A DNA stretch of 32,000 nt from Methylorubrum extorquens (lineage in GTDB: Bacteria > Pseudomonadota > Alphaproteobacteria > Rhizobiales > Beijerinckiaceae): the NCBI GenBank assembly GCA_900234795.1, contig LT962688.1:1020001-1052000 (forward strand). Direction: 5' to 3'. Below are positions 9,788-17,745 of the stretch, piece by piece. Position 1 is the first letter of the stretch. Each line of letters begins with the position of its first letter. The notes under the pieces were generated by a model, which made no database searches, was not told where the DNA came from, and saw only the letters and a list, made by a program, of their open reading frames with translations. Made by a program: the position numbers and the translations under genes.

Positions 9788-9825
9788 CGGAGGCGCAATT
9801 GCGAAGGAATTTCGCAAGGCCTCCG
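9788..9825. promoter_or_regulatory. Nested inverted repeat in the lower-GC intergenic region
   Basis: The structure is CGGAGGC-gcaa-TTGCGAA-ggaat-TTCGCAA-g-GCCTCCG. A direct repeat AATTGCGAAG occurs at 9769-9778 and 9797-9806. Confidence 0.4.
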
Positions 9826-10023
9826 GGGTGTGGCGCAGCCGCCACAAACGCGATCGCACGGCCGAATTCAGAGCGGATGCTGATGAAACGGAAACCGGCC
9901 CAGCAGAAGAATGCCTGTCAAAACAGGGAGCTAGAGCATCGCCCCGAAAAGTAGCCACCGGCTTTCGGGCGATTGACGAGGCCCTGGAGTCGCCGACCCG
10001 ATGCGATCGGGCTGGATACTTTC

Positions 10024-10481
10024 TTAACCGCCGAACCGCCCGGCGATGGCGTGCGAAAGCCGCTCACCCTCGGCGACGAAACGGCGGGCGGCCTCATTCG
10101 CGGCGGGGGGTGCAGACCCGATAGGTCAGGCTGTAGCCGCGGAAACCGCGATTATAGGCGCCGGCGAGACGGTCGCGGCGGCTCTGCGTGATCCCCTCGC
10201 TGTCGAGGATCGCCTTCATCCGCGCCGGCCATTCGGCGGCGTCGGGCGCGGCGCACAGCGTGCGCAGGAAGGCGAGCGCACCGACGATCTCGGAGAGCCG
10301 CATCAGGTCGCGGTCATAGGGCGCGGGCGGCGGCTCGGCCGGGGGGAGGCGGCTCCTTCTCCTTCTCCGGCGGCTTCGGCGCGGATCGGGCCGTGCCGGA
10401 GCGCTGCTGCGCGAACGCCTCCGCCGCCGGGGTCAGAGCGAGCAGGGCGGCCAGGATTAGGCGGGCAAGTCCCGTTCTCAT
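10024..10481 (-). pseudogene. TIGR02301-like conserved alphaproteobacterial secreted protein, broken by two frameshifts
   Basis: Three frame segments join at G6 runs 10341-10346 and 10105-10110. The first is a signal peptide plus PPEKEKEPPPP. The second is AEPPPAPYDRDLMRLSEIVGALAFLRTLCAAPD...TYRVCTP. The third is AANEAARRFVAEGERLSHAIAGRFGG followed by a stop. The ATG overlaps the NUDIX stop as ATGA. Confidence 0.7.
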
Positions 10482-10999
10482 ACCAAGCCTTCTGCCAAGC
10501 CTTCCGCCAAGCCTTCTGCCGACCCTTTGGCCGAACCGTCCGCCGCCGACCGGATGCGGGAGAACGCCTCGCGCAGGGTTTCGAGCAGCCCCGGCGTGGT
10601 GGTCAGGCCCGCAACCTCGTCGAGGCTGGCCCAGCGCACGGCAAGCGCTTCCGGCCCGGGTGCCGGCTCGACGGCGCGCCACAGGGCGGCGTGGGGATGG
10701 ATCACGTAATGGTGGCGGATGCGGCCGGCCTCGTCCCGCAGGATGATCTCCGTCGGCGTCAGGCTCGGCCCGACCACCTCGGCGAGCGAACCGACCTCCT
10801 CCTGCAATTCGCGCAACGCCCCCACGGCGAGGGATTCGCCGGCCTCCACGAGGCCGCCGGGCAGGGTCCAGACGCCGCGCATCGGCTCGTTGGCGCGGGC
10901 GGCGAGCAGCACGCGGCCGTCCCGGATCACCGCGACCGAAACGCCGATCAGCGGGCGCGCCGGAAACAGCCGCCCGTCCTCCTGTCCCGGATCGCTCAC
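10478..10999 (-). CDS. NUDIX hydrolase
   Basis: The Nudix box is GGLVEAGESLAVGALRELQEEVG. It is 173 aa, with 4-nt overlaps to both neighbouring genes. Confidence 0.85.
   Translation of the reverse strand: MSDPGQEDGRLFPARPLIGVSVAVIRDGRVLLAARANEPMRGVWTLPGGLVEAGESLAVGALRELQEEVGSLAEVVGPSLTPTEIILRDEAGRIRHHYVIHPHAALWRAVEPAPGPEALAVRWASLDEVAGLTTTPGLLETLREAFSRIRSAADGSAKGSAEGLAEGLAEGLV
10482..10529. repeat. 12-bp tandem repeat, three good copies plus one degenerate
   Basis: The units are accaagccttct, gccaagccttcc, gccaagccttct and gccgaccctttg. They encode the (AEGL)n tail of the NUDIX protein. Confidence 0.8.
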
Positions 11000-12147
11000 G
11001 GCGCGGAGACCGCGACGAGGCGCCCGTCGGCGAGGCCGACGAGGATCGTTTTGGCGGTTCCGCCCGCGTCGAGCACGGCGACGCCGTGGGCGGCCGGGGC
11101 GGGCAGGGGCAGGCGTGCCCGCTCGACGGGGCCGCCGCCCTTCAGCGACACCACCGCAACGGCGCCGCGGCCCGCCACCGGCAGGGCGAGGTCGGGCGGG
11201 GCGCCACCGCCGCGGGGAACGGGAGCGGCGAGATCCGCCGCCTCGCCCGCCGCCGGGCCGGCATAGCCCGGCGCTTCACCCGCGAGGCTCAAGGTTCCGT
11301 CGGCGATGCGCCAAAGCTGGAGCACGCCCTCGCCGTCGGGCGCGCGGATCGCGGCGATCTGCGGCTGGCCAGTGCCGGTGCCGGTGAAGTCGGCAACAGC
11401 GGCGAGCGCCAGCGGCGCGCCTTCCGGACCCTTGCCGGCCTGCGGCGGCGTCTGCGCCCGGAGCGTCCAGACGCCGTCCGTGCCCTTCGCCGCAACGGCA
11501 AGGCCGGAAACGGCCGGCCCCTGCGCGGTCACGGCGGCCACCGCCGGGCGGCCGTCGAGATGGGTGATCTGGGGCGTGCGGCCGGCAAAGACCCGGCCGT
11601 CCCCCGGCGCCAGGGTCTGAGTCGTCACCGGCACGGCCTTCGGCTCGGCGGTGACGCCGACCGGCTGGCGCTCGCGCACGGTCAGTACGGTCCCCTGGCC
11701 CGGCGCGCCGCCGAGCGCACGGGTCGGCCCGGTGAGATAGGCGCTGAGCGGCCCGTCGAGGGCACGGCGCGAGCCCGGTACGGCCCCGCGCGGCGTCTCG
11801 GCGGCGGCAAACCCTTCGATCGCCTCGGCGCCGATCAGCGTGGTGCGCAACCGGTCGCCGTCGAGGCTGAGAACGGCGCCGCCGCCCTCGCCCCAGACCA
11901 CGACGACGGATGGCGGAGCGGTGTTGCCCGTGGCCTTCGGGTCGGCGCTGGCGCCCGCGGGCGCGCGGGCGACCGGCAGCAATCCGGAGGTCGCCACGGA
12001 AAGGGCCACGTCGCTGCCGGGGCCGCGCATCGCCTTGACGGCAAACGGCAGCGCGACCGGTTCGACCCGGCTCCCATCCTCCGCCGCGAGGGCGGGGAGG
12101 GCGGTCAGCGACAGCAGGGCGGCGAGAACCGCCCGGCGGTCAGACAT
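10996..12147 (-). CDS. Secreted hypothetical protein, Gly/Ala/Pro-rich, possibly beta-propeller-like
   Basis: The signal peptide is MSDRRAVLAALLSLTALPALA|AED. GC3 is high throughout. The segment VADFTGTGTGQPQIAAI is faintly FG-GAP-like. I recognise no confident family. Confidence 0.6.
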   Translation of the reverse strand: MSDRRAVLAALLSLTALPALAAEDGSRVEPVALPFAVKAMRGPGSDVALSVATSGLLPVARAPAGASADPKATGNTAPPSVVVVWGEGGGAVLSLDGDRLRTTLIGAEAIEGFAAAETPRGAVPGSRRALDGPLSAYLTGPTRALGGAPGQGTVLTVRERQPVGVTAEPKAVPVTTQTLAPGDGRVFAGRTPQITHLDGRPAVAAVTAQGPAVSGLAVAAKGTDGVWTLRAQTPPQAGKGPEGAPLALAAVADFTGTGTGQPQIAAIRAPDGEGVLQLWRIADGTLSLAGEAPGYAGPAAGEAADLAAPVPRGGGAPPDLALPVAGRGAVAVVSLKGGGPVERARLPLPAPAAHGVAVLDAGGTAKTILVGLADGRLVAVSAP

Positions 12148-12892
12148 GCTGGCCGCCGTTGATGTGAAGCTCGGCGCCGTTCACGTAAGACGACGCCTCG
12201 ATGCAGAGGAAGTAGATCGCCTTGGCGACCTCGTCCGGGGTGCCGAGCCGGCGCTGCGGGATCTGCTCCACCAGCTTGTCGGTGCCGGGCGAGAGGATCG
12301 AGGTGTCGATCTCGCCCGGCGAGATCGCGTTGACGCGCACGCCGAGCGGCCCGAAATCCGCGGCCATCTCGCGGGTGAGGCCGGCGAGCGCCGCCTTCGA
12401 GGTGCCATAGGCGGCGCCCGCGAAGGGGTGGACCCGCGAACCGGCGATCGAGGTGACGTTGACGATCGAGCCGCGCGCGCGGGTCAGTTCGTCGCACAGG
12501 CCCCGCGCCAGCAGGATCGGCGCGAAGAAGTTGACCTGGAAGACGCGGGCCCAGTCCTCGTATTCCGTGGTGAGCGCGCCGAGCCGCTCGCCCTCCGGCC
12601 CCTTCGGCGAGATGCCGGCATTGTTGACGAGCGCGTGCAGCAGGCCGCCCTCGGCGGCGAGCCGCTCGGCGACCTCGCGCACCCCGCGCACCGTGTCCGC
12701 CGCGTTGGAGAGATCGACCTGAAGGTGGTCCTCGGGACCCATCTCCCAGGGACAGTTCTCGGGGAAGGGGTGGCGCGAACAGGTGATGACCCGCCAGCCC
12801 GCGGCGGAGAAGCGTTTGACGGTGGCGTGCCCGATGCCCCGGCTGGCGCCGGTGAGCAGCAGCACCCGTCGACGATCGTTGGATGAGGCCAA
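12140..12892 (-). CDS. Short-chain dehydrogenase/reductase (SDR) family oxidoreductase
   Basis: Contains the TGASRGIG cofactor motif, NNAG and YGTSKAAL (YxxxK). The likely start is TTG at 12892, about 8 nt after GAGGA. The track ORF start at 13099 is an extension. Confidence 0.8.
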   Translation of the reverse strand: MASSNDRRRVLLLTGASRGIGHATVKRFSAAGWRVITCSRHPFPENCPWEMGPEDHLQVDLSNAADTVRGVREVAERLAAEGGLLHALVNNAGISPKGPEGERLGALTTEYEDWARVFQVNFFAPILLARGLCDELTRARGSIVNVTSIAGSRVHPFAGAAYGTSKAALAGLTREMAADFGPLGVRVNAISPGEIDTSILSPGTDKLVEQIPQRRLGTPDEVAKAIYFLCIEASSYVNGAELHINGGQHV

Positions 12893-13175
12893 AGCCGGTT
12901 CCTCGCTGCCCGCCCCGCGCACCGCGGGTGAGCGGGCCAAGCTGGGTCTTCGCCAAGGGATAAGCCGCGACCCGCCGGAAATCCAGGGCCGCGCTGCATT
13001 GCGAAAGGTGCCGGAGACGCGGTCCCGCGCCTCCGGAAGGGCCGGTGCCATACGGCCCCGCTCGTCTCGCGCGCTTGTTCCGCGCCGGCCTTCATGCAAC
13101 CCCGGGGAGGGGTCGCGGATTCGAGGGATCGTGCCGAGGGATCAAACGCATGATCGGACGAGGGATGCGACAGCC

Positions 13176-13559
13176 GTGAGCGGGGCGGACGCGAGGCCGA
13201 CCGTCCTTGTCGTGGAGGACGATGCCGTGATCCGGTGCGCCGCGGTCGAGTTGATCGTGGAAGCCGGTTTCACCGTGCGCGAGGCCACCAACGGCAACGA
13301 GGCGATCCGCATGCTCGACCAAGAGCAGGAGGCGGGCGGGACGGTGTGCGTCGTCGTGACCGACATCGACATGCCGCTGGGCATCGACGGCATCAAGCTC
13401 GCCGCCTGCATCGACCGGCGCTGGCCGCGCATCGGCATCGTCATCACCTCCGGCAAGGTGCGGCCCTCGCCCGGCGACATACCGACCGACGGCCTGTTCA
13501 TCCGCAAGCCCTACACGGAGGAGTGCCTGGTCGCGGCGATCCGTTCGGTGATGCCCTGA
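13176..13559 (+). CDS. Single-domain response regulator (CheY-like receiver)
   Basis: Contains VLVVEDD, VVTDIDMP (phospho-acceptor Asp) and FIRKPY (conserved Lys). The GTG start at 13176 follows GAGGGA. No output domain is present. Confidence 0.75.
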   Translation: MSGADARPTVLVVEDDAVIRCAAVELIVEAGFTVREATNGNEAIRMLDQEQEAGGTVCVVVTDIDMPLGIDGIKLAACIDRRWPRIGIVITSGKVRPSPGDIPTDGLFIRKPYTEECLVAAIRSVMP

Positions 13560-13607
13560 GCGACCCCGATCCTCCGCGATCCGGGCATCGAGATCAGGGC
13601 ATCAGAA

Positions 13608-14252
13608 TCAGGGATAGAGCCGCGCGCGGGTCCAGCCGTCGCCGTCGCGGGTGAAGCGCACCCGGTCGTGCAGGCGGTAGGCGCCGTTCTGCCAGAACTC
13701 CAACTGCACCGGGGCGATGCGGAAGCCGAGCCAGTGCTCGGGGCGCGGCACCGGGCCGTTCTCGTATTTCTCCGACAGGGCGGCGACCTCGGCCATCAGG
13801 GTCGGGCGGTCGGTGAGCGGGCGCGATTGCTGACTGGCGATGGCGCCGATGCGGCTGTCGCGGTGGCGGCTCGCGAAATAGGCGTCGGCCTCCTCGCGCG
13901 TCACGGGGGAGACAGGGCCGCGGCTGCGGATCTGCCGGCCGAGAGACTTCCAGTACAGTACCGTCGCCGCCTGCGGGTTGGCGAGAAGTTGCCCGCCCTT
14001 GGCCGACTCGGCGTTGGTGTAAAAGACGAGCCCGCGCGGATCGAACCCCTTCAACAGCACCACCCGCACATCGGGCAGGCCGTCCGGATCGGCGGTGGCG
14101 AGCGCCATCGCGTTGGCGTCGACGGGCTCGGAGGCCTCCGCCTCCGCCATCCACGCGGCGAACAGCGCCCAGGGGTCGCACGACAAGGTGAAGTCCTCCG
14201 GATGGACCGAAGGCGCGTCCGCATCACCCTCTCTTAACCGATCGATGGCCAT
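13608..14252 (-). CDS. pdxH: Pyridoxamine 5'-phosphate oxidase
   Basis: Contains VVLLKGFDPRGLVFYTN, RIGAIASQQSRPL, LEFWQ and HDRVRF. The start is ATG 14252 or ATG 14285. Confidence 0.88.
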   Translation of the reverse strand: MAIDRLREGDADAPSVHPEDFTLSCDPWALFAAWMAEAEASEPVDANAMALATADPDGLPDVRVVLLKGFDPRGLVFYTNAESAKGGQLLANPQAATVLYWKSLGRQIRSRGPVSPVTREEADAYFASRHRDSRIGAIASQQSRPLTDRPTLMAEVAALSEKYENGPVPRPEHWLGFRIAPVQLEFWQNGAYRLHDRVRFTRDGDGWTRARLYP

Positions 14253-14338
14253 TTTCTTCCCTGTGGCAGCCGGGTCGGGGGGCACCGACGTTGGGCAGCA
14301 ACGCCGTCGGACCCCCGTCTGTCTCGAGTTCAGGTGTA

Positions 14339-14881
14339 ATGCGTCTGCGTCCGTGTAAAGGCCTCGTCATCGCGCTCTCCGCCGAAGGGAGGGCCGGTTC
14401 GACGCGTGGACAGGCGCCGCGACGCGGCCTCGCAGCCCGGATTGCAGGTCTGCTGACCCTCGGCCTCGCCGCCCTCTCCTGCGGCGGCTGCAGCGGGCCG
14501 ATCCTGTCCTTCAAGGCGGAGGAGGCGCCGGCCGCGCCCGAGCCGCTCGTCACCGGCAGCATTCCGAAGCGGCCCGCGAGCTTCGGGCGCGACCTCGACG
14601 GCGAGGATTGGCGCCGCGCCCACGCCGCGCTCTCCGTCGCCCTCGATCCGCAGGGCAACGGGCGCCCGGTAAAGTGGGACAACCCGGAGACCGCGATGCG
14701 CGGCACCATCAACCCGACCGGCCTGCCCTATGTCGCCGGTGACGAGATCTGCCGCGACTTCCTCGCGACGGTGGTGGGCGGCGCCAACAACCGCTTCGTG
14801 CGCGGCACCGGCTGCAAGCCGTCCGGGGGCGAGTGGGAGCTGAAGCGGCTGCGCGCCTCCAACCCGCAGGCCCGCTCATGA
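14339..14881 (+). CDS. Surface-antigen-like lipoprotein (RT0821/Lpp0805-type, recalled from memory)
   Basis: The signal sequence ends LGLAALSCGGC, an imperfect lipobox. The C-terminal block is W.NPET..RGTINP...GDEICRDF...GTGCKPSGGEWEL. Confidence 0.6.
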   Translation: MRLRPCKGLVIALSAEGRAGSTRGQAPRRGLAARIAGLLTLGLAALSCGGCSGPILSFKAEEAPAAPEPLVTGSIPKRPASFGRDLDGEDWRRAHAALSVALDPQGNGRPVKWDNPETAMRGTINPTGLPYVAGDEICRDFLATVVGGANNRFVRGTGCKPSGGEWELKRLRASNPQARS

Positions 14882-15026
14882 GGCTTTCGCGGACGGCCGG
14901 ACAATAAAGTGATCGCGGATCGGTGAACGTGGCCTCATCGGCTGTTGCAGAGCCGCAACGCCCTTCCCACGTTGAACCCGTGCGGCAGAGGCCGTATCCC
15001 TATTCGGTTGCGACCCCCTCAAAAGA

Positions 15027-15977
15027 ATGCCGATGCGAAACCCCTACGACGTTCTGGGTGTCCCCAAGGGCGCGAGCGAGGCCGAAATCAAGAAGGCCTT
15101 CCGCAAGCTCGCCAAGGCGTACCACCCCGACAGCAACAAAGAGCCGAAGGCCGCCGAGCGCTTCTCGGAGGCGAACACCGCCTACGAGATCCTCGGCGAC
15201 AAGGAGAAGCGCGCGCAGTTCGACCGCGGCGAGATCGACGCCGAAGGCAAGCCGCGCGCGACCGGCTTCGAGGGCTTTTCTGGGTTCGGCGGCGGACGCG
15301 GCGGCGGTGGCGGCGGCTTTGACTTCGAAGGCTTCACGCAGCGCCGCGGCGGCGCTGGCGGGGCCGGGCCGGGCGGCGTCGGAGAGGACTTCATCAGCCA
15401 CATCTTCGGTGAGGCGTTCCGCGCGGGCGGCGCCGGGCCGGGTGGGCGCGGGGGCCCGATCCGCGGCGAAGATGTCGCGGCCGAACTCAGCGTGACCCTC
15501 GAACAGGTCGCGGGCGAGGACAAGATGCGCATCGGCCTGCCCGGCGGGCGCGATGTCGACGTGATGATCCCCAAGGGCGTCGTCGATGGCCAGACCATCC
15601 GCCTGCGGGGACTCGGCGGCGCGGGCGGTCCTCGCGGCGAGCCCGGCGACGCGCTGCTGACGATCCGCATCCAGCCCCACCCGGTGTTCAAGGTGGACGG
15701 CGCAGACCTGCGCGCCACTGTCGATCTGCCGCTGGAGGACGCCGTGCTCGGCGGCGCCTTGCGCGTGCCGACCCTGACCGGCGCGGTCGAGATGAAGGTG
15801 CCGGCGATGACGAGTTCCGGCCGCACCTTCCGCCTGCGCGGAAAGGGCCTGCCGAAGAAGGACGGCAGCCGCGGCGACCTGTTCGCGACCACCGCCATCG
15901 TCCTGCCGGCCAGCGACGACGCGGCCCTGACCGAATATGCCCGCCGCCGCCGCGAGGCCAAGGCCGGGACGGCGTAA
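15027..15977 (+). CDS. cbpA: DnaJ-class J-domain protein without zinc finger (CbpA-like)
   Basis: The J domain is NPYDVLGV...AYHPDSNK. It is followed by a Gly-rich linker and a DnaJ C-terminal domain. There is no CxxCxGxG repeat. Confidence 0.8.
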   Translation: MPMRNPYDVLGVPKGASEAEIKKAFRKLAKAYHPDSNKEPKAAERFSEANTAYEILGDKEKRAQFDRGEIDAEGKPRATGFEGFSGFGGGRGGGGGGFDFEGFTQRRGGAGGAGPGGVGEDFISHIFGEAFRAGGAGPGGRGGPIRGEDVAAELSVTLEQVAGEDKMRIGLPGGRDVDVMIPKGVVDGQTIRLRGLGGAGGPRGEPGDALLTIRIQPHPVFKVDGADLRATVDLPLEDAVLGGALRVPTLTGAVEMKVPAMTSSGRTFRLRGKGLPKKDGSRGDLFATTAIVLPASDDAALTEYARRRREAKAGTA

Positions 15978-15999
15978 AGGACGCTGTGCCGGAGGGCAG

Positions 16000-16019
16000 G
16001 CCTCGGCTTCTGCCGAGGC
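16000..16019 (+). terminator. Hairpin downstream of the cbpA-like gene
   Basis: GCCTCGGC-ttct-GCCGAGGC forms a perfect 8-bp stem. No U-tract follows. Confidence 0.4.
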
Positions 16020-16223
16020 ATCGAGGGCAGCGAAGGCCCAAGCGTCCGCATACTCCACGGATGGGCGGAGGGTCCTCGAGAACCCGAACGAGGATACCGG
16101 GATCGCCCTGAGGTGATCCCGCGCGCCTTGAGGCTTCCCCCTCCGGCAACCCTCGGCTAAGGAAGCCCCCGGCGCAGGGCCGTCCCTCAAGAGGCGCCCG
16201 CGCGGCCGAAGCGAAGGTGACGC

Positions 16224-17051
16224 ATGTCGGAACAGAAGCCGGGCGGGCTGCTCGCGGGCAAGCGCGGGCTGGTGTTGGGAGTGGCCAACAACCGCTCGAT
16301 CGCCTGGGGTATCGCCCGTAGCGCTGCCGCGCACGGGGCGGAATTGGCGTTCACCTACCAGGGCGAGGCGCTGAAGAAGCGCGTCGAGCCGCTGGCGCGC
16401 GAGTTGAACGCGCATGTCGTCGGGCATTGCGACGTCACCGATCCCGCCTCGATCGATTCCGCCTTCGCCGCGACCGCCGAGGTGTTCCCGGACGGGATCG
16501 ATTTCGTCGTCCACTGCATCGCCTTCTCCGACAAGGACGAGCTGACGGGGCGCTATCTCGAAACCTCGGAGGCGAACTTCACCAAGTCGCTGCTGATCTC
16601 GTGCTACTCGTTCACGGCGGTGGCGCAGCGCGCGGAAAAGATCATGCGCAACGGCGGGTCGATGCTGACCCTGACCTATTACGGCGCCGAGAAGTGGATG
16701 CCCCACTACAACGTGATGGGTGTCGCCAAGGCCGCGCTGGAAGCCTCCGTGCGCTACCTCGCCGCCGATCTCGGACCGAAGCAGATCCGCGTCAACGCGA
16801 TCTCGGCCGGGCCGATCAAGACGCTGGCGGCCTCCGGCATCGGCGACTTCCGCTACATCCTCAAGTGGAACGAGTACAACGCGCCGATGCGCCGGACCGT
16901 GACCATCGAGGAGGTCGGTGAGACGGCGGCCTACCTGTTCTCCGACATGTCCCGCGGCATGACCGGCGAGATCCTCCACGTCGATGCCGGCTACCACGTC
17001 GTCGGCATGAAGAACCCCGACGCGCCGGACATCACCCGCGAGCGGGAATAG
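16224..17051 (+). CDS. fabI: Enoyl-[acyl-carrier-protein] reductase (NADH)
   Basis: Contains LVLGVANNRSIAWGIA, AFSDK, YNVMGVAKAALE and ISAGPIKTLAA, as in the FabI family. Confidence 0.9.
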   Translation: MSEQKPGGLLAGKRGLVLGVANNRSIAWGIARSAAAHGAELAFTYQGEALKKRVEPLARELNAHVVGHCDVTDPASIDSAFAATAEVFPDGIDFVVHCIAFSDKDELTGRYLETSEANFTKSLLISCYSFTAVAQRAEKIMRNGGSMLTLTYYGAEKWMPHYNVMGVAKAALEASVRYLAADLGPKQIRVNAISAGPIKTLAASGIGDFRYILKWNEYNAPMRRTVTIEEVGETAAYLFSDMSRGMTGEILHVDAGYHVVGMKNPDAPDITRERE

Positions 17052-17745
17052 GGTTCATCCCTCTTCCCCAAGCCGTCGGCGCCAATCCTCCACGGCGCCG
17101 CTCGCGAGCCGGCGGGCGGCGAGCGCCCGCCAGGATTCGGTGAGGGGGCGCGAGGCCGGCAATCGCCCGCAAGGCCGCCGCGTCGAGGCGATCCACGTAA
17201 AAGTGGTGCAGGAGCCGCGACAGCGGCCAGTCCGGATGCGGGCGCTCGACGAGTTCGAGCCCGTCGCCGGCCGCCACGACGCCTGTCTCGATTACCCGAT
17301 AGTACCAGCCGGTGCGCCCGCTCGCCTGCACCCGCCGGGCCATGTCCGGCACATCAAAGCGCAGGTTCAACTTGAAGCAGGGCTGGCGCGCCTGCGAGAC
17401 CTGAAGCAGGGCGCTCCCCACCCGCCACAGGTCGCCGACGCAGACATCGTGCTCGGTGAGGTCGTGGGTCGAGAAATTCTCGCCGAAGGCGCCGGGCCGC
17501 TCCAACAGATCGGGCAGGCCGGACAGATCGCCGCGCCACGCCGCGGCATGGTCGAGGGCGTAGTGGTGCACGGCCTTTTCCGGGCCGCCATGGACGCGCC
17601 GGTCGGCCTGCTCGTCGCCCGCGAGACCGAGCGGCCCCACCGCGACCGGCCCCACCACGGGCGTCTTGGCGATGGCGCTCGCCGCGCCCTTCGCCCCGAG
17701 CGGCGCGACGCGCCCGGTCAGCACGGCCTGAAGCGCGACCCGCAT
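17032..17745 (-). CDS. MOSC domain protein (YiiM-like) with a frameshifted C-terminus
   Basis: Contains GDEQADRRVHGGPEKAVHHY and the conserved Cys in SQARQPCFKL. After the G5 run at 17144-17148, a different frame gives the expected helical tail LTESWRALAARRLASGAVEDWRRRLGEEG, with its stop at 17055-17057. Confidence 0.8.
   Translation of the reverse strand: MRVALQAVLTGRVAPLGAKGAASAIAKTPVVGPVAVGPLGLAGDEQADRRVHGGPEKAVHHYALDHAAAWRGDLSGLPDLLERPGAFGENFSTHDLTEHDVCVGDLWRVGSALLQVSQARQPCFKLNLRFDVPDMARRVQASGRTGWYYRVIETGVVAAGDGLELVERPHPDWPLSRLLHHFYVDRLDAAALRAIAGLAPPHRILAGARRPPARERRRGGLAPTAWGRGMNPIPARG

Noticed and set aside
14971-15004. RpoH (sigma-32)-like promoter TTGAA ... CCCTATT upstream of the cbpA-like gene
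   Set aside because: The spacer is about 20 nt, longer than the 13-18 nt of known heat-shock promoters.
15978-16223. 246-bp cbpA-fabI intergenic region as a possible small RNA or REP element
   Set aside because: It holds only short independent hairpins (16000-16019, and GGGATC/GATCCC near 16099-16120). It has no repeats shared with other parts of the window and no promoter-plus-terminator pair.
15000-16997. 665-aa minus-strand ORF, and similar long ORFs at 27347..30064, 5993..7438, 30040..31320, 3226..4359, 10046..11266, 11086..12162 and 25146..26651
   Set aside because: Each lies antisense to, or out of frame with, a gene that has clear family motifs (cbpA/fabI, mutS, pyrC, the DsbD-like gene and others). 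Their translations are Arg/Gly/Pro/Ala low-complexity sequence. Stop-free shadow frames like these are expected at about 70% GC.
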